64,000 nt of DNA from Eledone cirrhosa (Eukaryota), in the NCBI GenBank assembly GCA_964016885.1, contig OZ024743.1:186806001-186870000 (forward strand), in the 5' to 3' direction. The notes below the pieces were generated by a model. The model was not told the origin of the DNA. It ran no database searches and saw only the letters and a list, made by a program, of their open reading frames with translations. Position 1 is the stretch's first letter. Each line of letters begins with the position of its first letter. This document shows positions 63,232 to 64,000 of this stretch, piece after piece. The position numbers were made by a program, and so were the translations under genes.

Positions 63232-63965
63232 ATATAATTTTATTATTATTTTCATTATTATCATCATCATCATCATCATCATCATTATTATTTTTGCTTT
63301 GTCCTACAGTGTAGATGGAAAATACACCGAAGTATTTAGTCATCTGCCAAGTCACAACATGGAACTCGGACAGATAATACTTTCCTTAAAATTTGTGCAG
63401 TGCCTAGCAAGGCTGATTTTTATGTCACCAATCTTACATGGTATTTCCAGTCACTTTAAGAAGTCTTGAAGTTTCAATGGGATTGACCTTAATTCCATGA
63501 TCACAACTGGTATCATTTTCACATTACCCTCTCATATTCCAAATAGTCTTGCCAGCTCCACTATCAATTCAGAGTACTTGGTGAATTTTTCAACCTTTTA
63601 ACTTACAATATTTATGTGATTTGTTATGTCTACATCGATGATCTGACAATATTTGTCTTTCTTGTTCTATACAACAATGTTTGGTTGGCAATGACCAAAT
63701 ACTCTATCTGTCTGAAAATCATATTCCCAGAATACCGTTGCTTTCCCACCCTCCTGCATTACTTTACTAAGCATATATGTTCAAACCAATTCTTTATTAC
63801 TTTGTATTGGTATTTATGATATAAAAGCCAATGAAGGTACAAATAGATTTTATCATCGTGATGCTAGTATCCTTTTGCTAGAGAAACCTTACAAAAACAA
63901 AAAAAAAATTTCTTTTTACAGAGTTGATACGAGTTCCCACTTCAGGCTAAATGAAGCAGATAAGG
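63232..63965 (-). mobile_element. Decayed R4/Dong-type LINE 3' end (RLE) with (TAA/TGA)n tail
   Basis: Minus-strand translation FWEYDFQTDRVFGHCQPNIVV*NKKDKYCQIIDV..KFTKYSELIVELARL matches the R4 RLE pattern. (ATT/ATC)n at 63235-63290. Confidence 0.75.
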
Positions 63966-64000
63966 AAATCTCTGAAGAGCATGCTAGAATATTGCAGATA

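Overview
AT-rich, repeat-dense animal genomic DNA. The SINE/LINE repertoire and the (TA)n/(TATG)n/(ATC)n microsatellites suggest an octopus or other cephalopod; this is an inference. I found no confident host protein-coding exon, so the window looks like a very large intron or intergenic region. All long ORFs are 5'-truncated non-LTR retrotransposons: two young RTE-clade copies with a C4HC3 PHD finger inside the RT (16961-19130 -, 59025-60352 +), an R4/Dong-type RT+RLE element sitting in a (TATG)n microsatellite (25729-28681 -), and a CR1 copy with a doubled 3'UTR (40735-42136 +). Decayed remnants of HERO, CRE, RTE-BovB, a second R4/Dong, an RNase H-bearing LINE and Penelope-like hammerhead motifs are also present. 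A young tRNA-derived SINE family ('A') has many copies whose TSDs start with ATTAT. Most notable observations: (i) a textbook recursive-splice-site (AG|GTAAGT) with a 46-nt RS-exon on the minus strand at ~36.1 kb; (ii) a TSD-bracketed composite insertion (SINE + fold-back palindrome + 717 bp copied from 3.15 kb away); (iii) a LINE/SINE chimera; (iv) a CpG/CRE/YY1 promoter-like patch with a splice donor at ~55 kb. All comparisons were made by eye and no database was searched.
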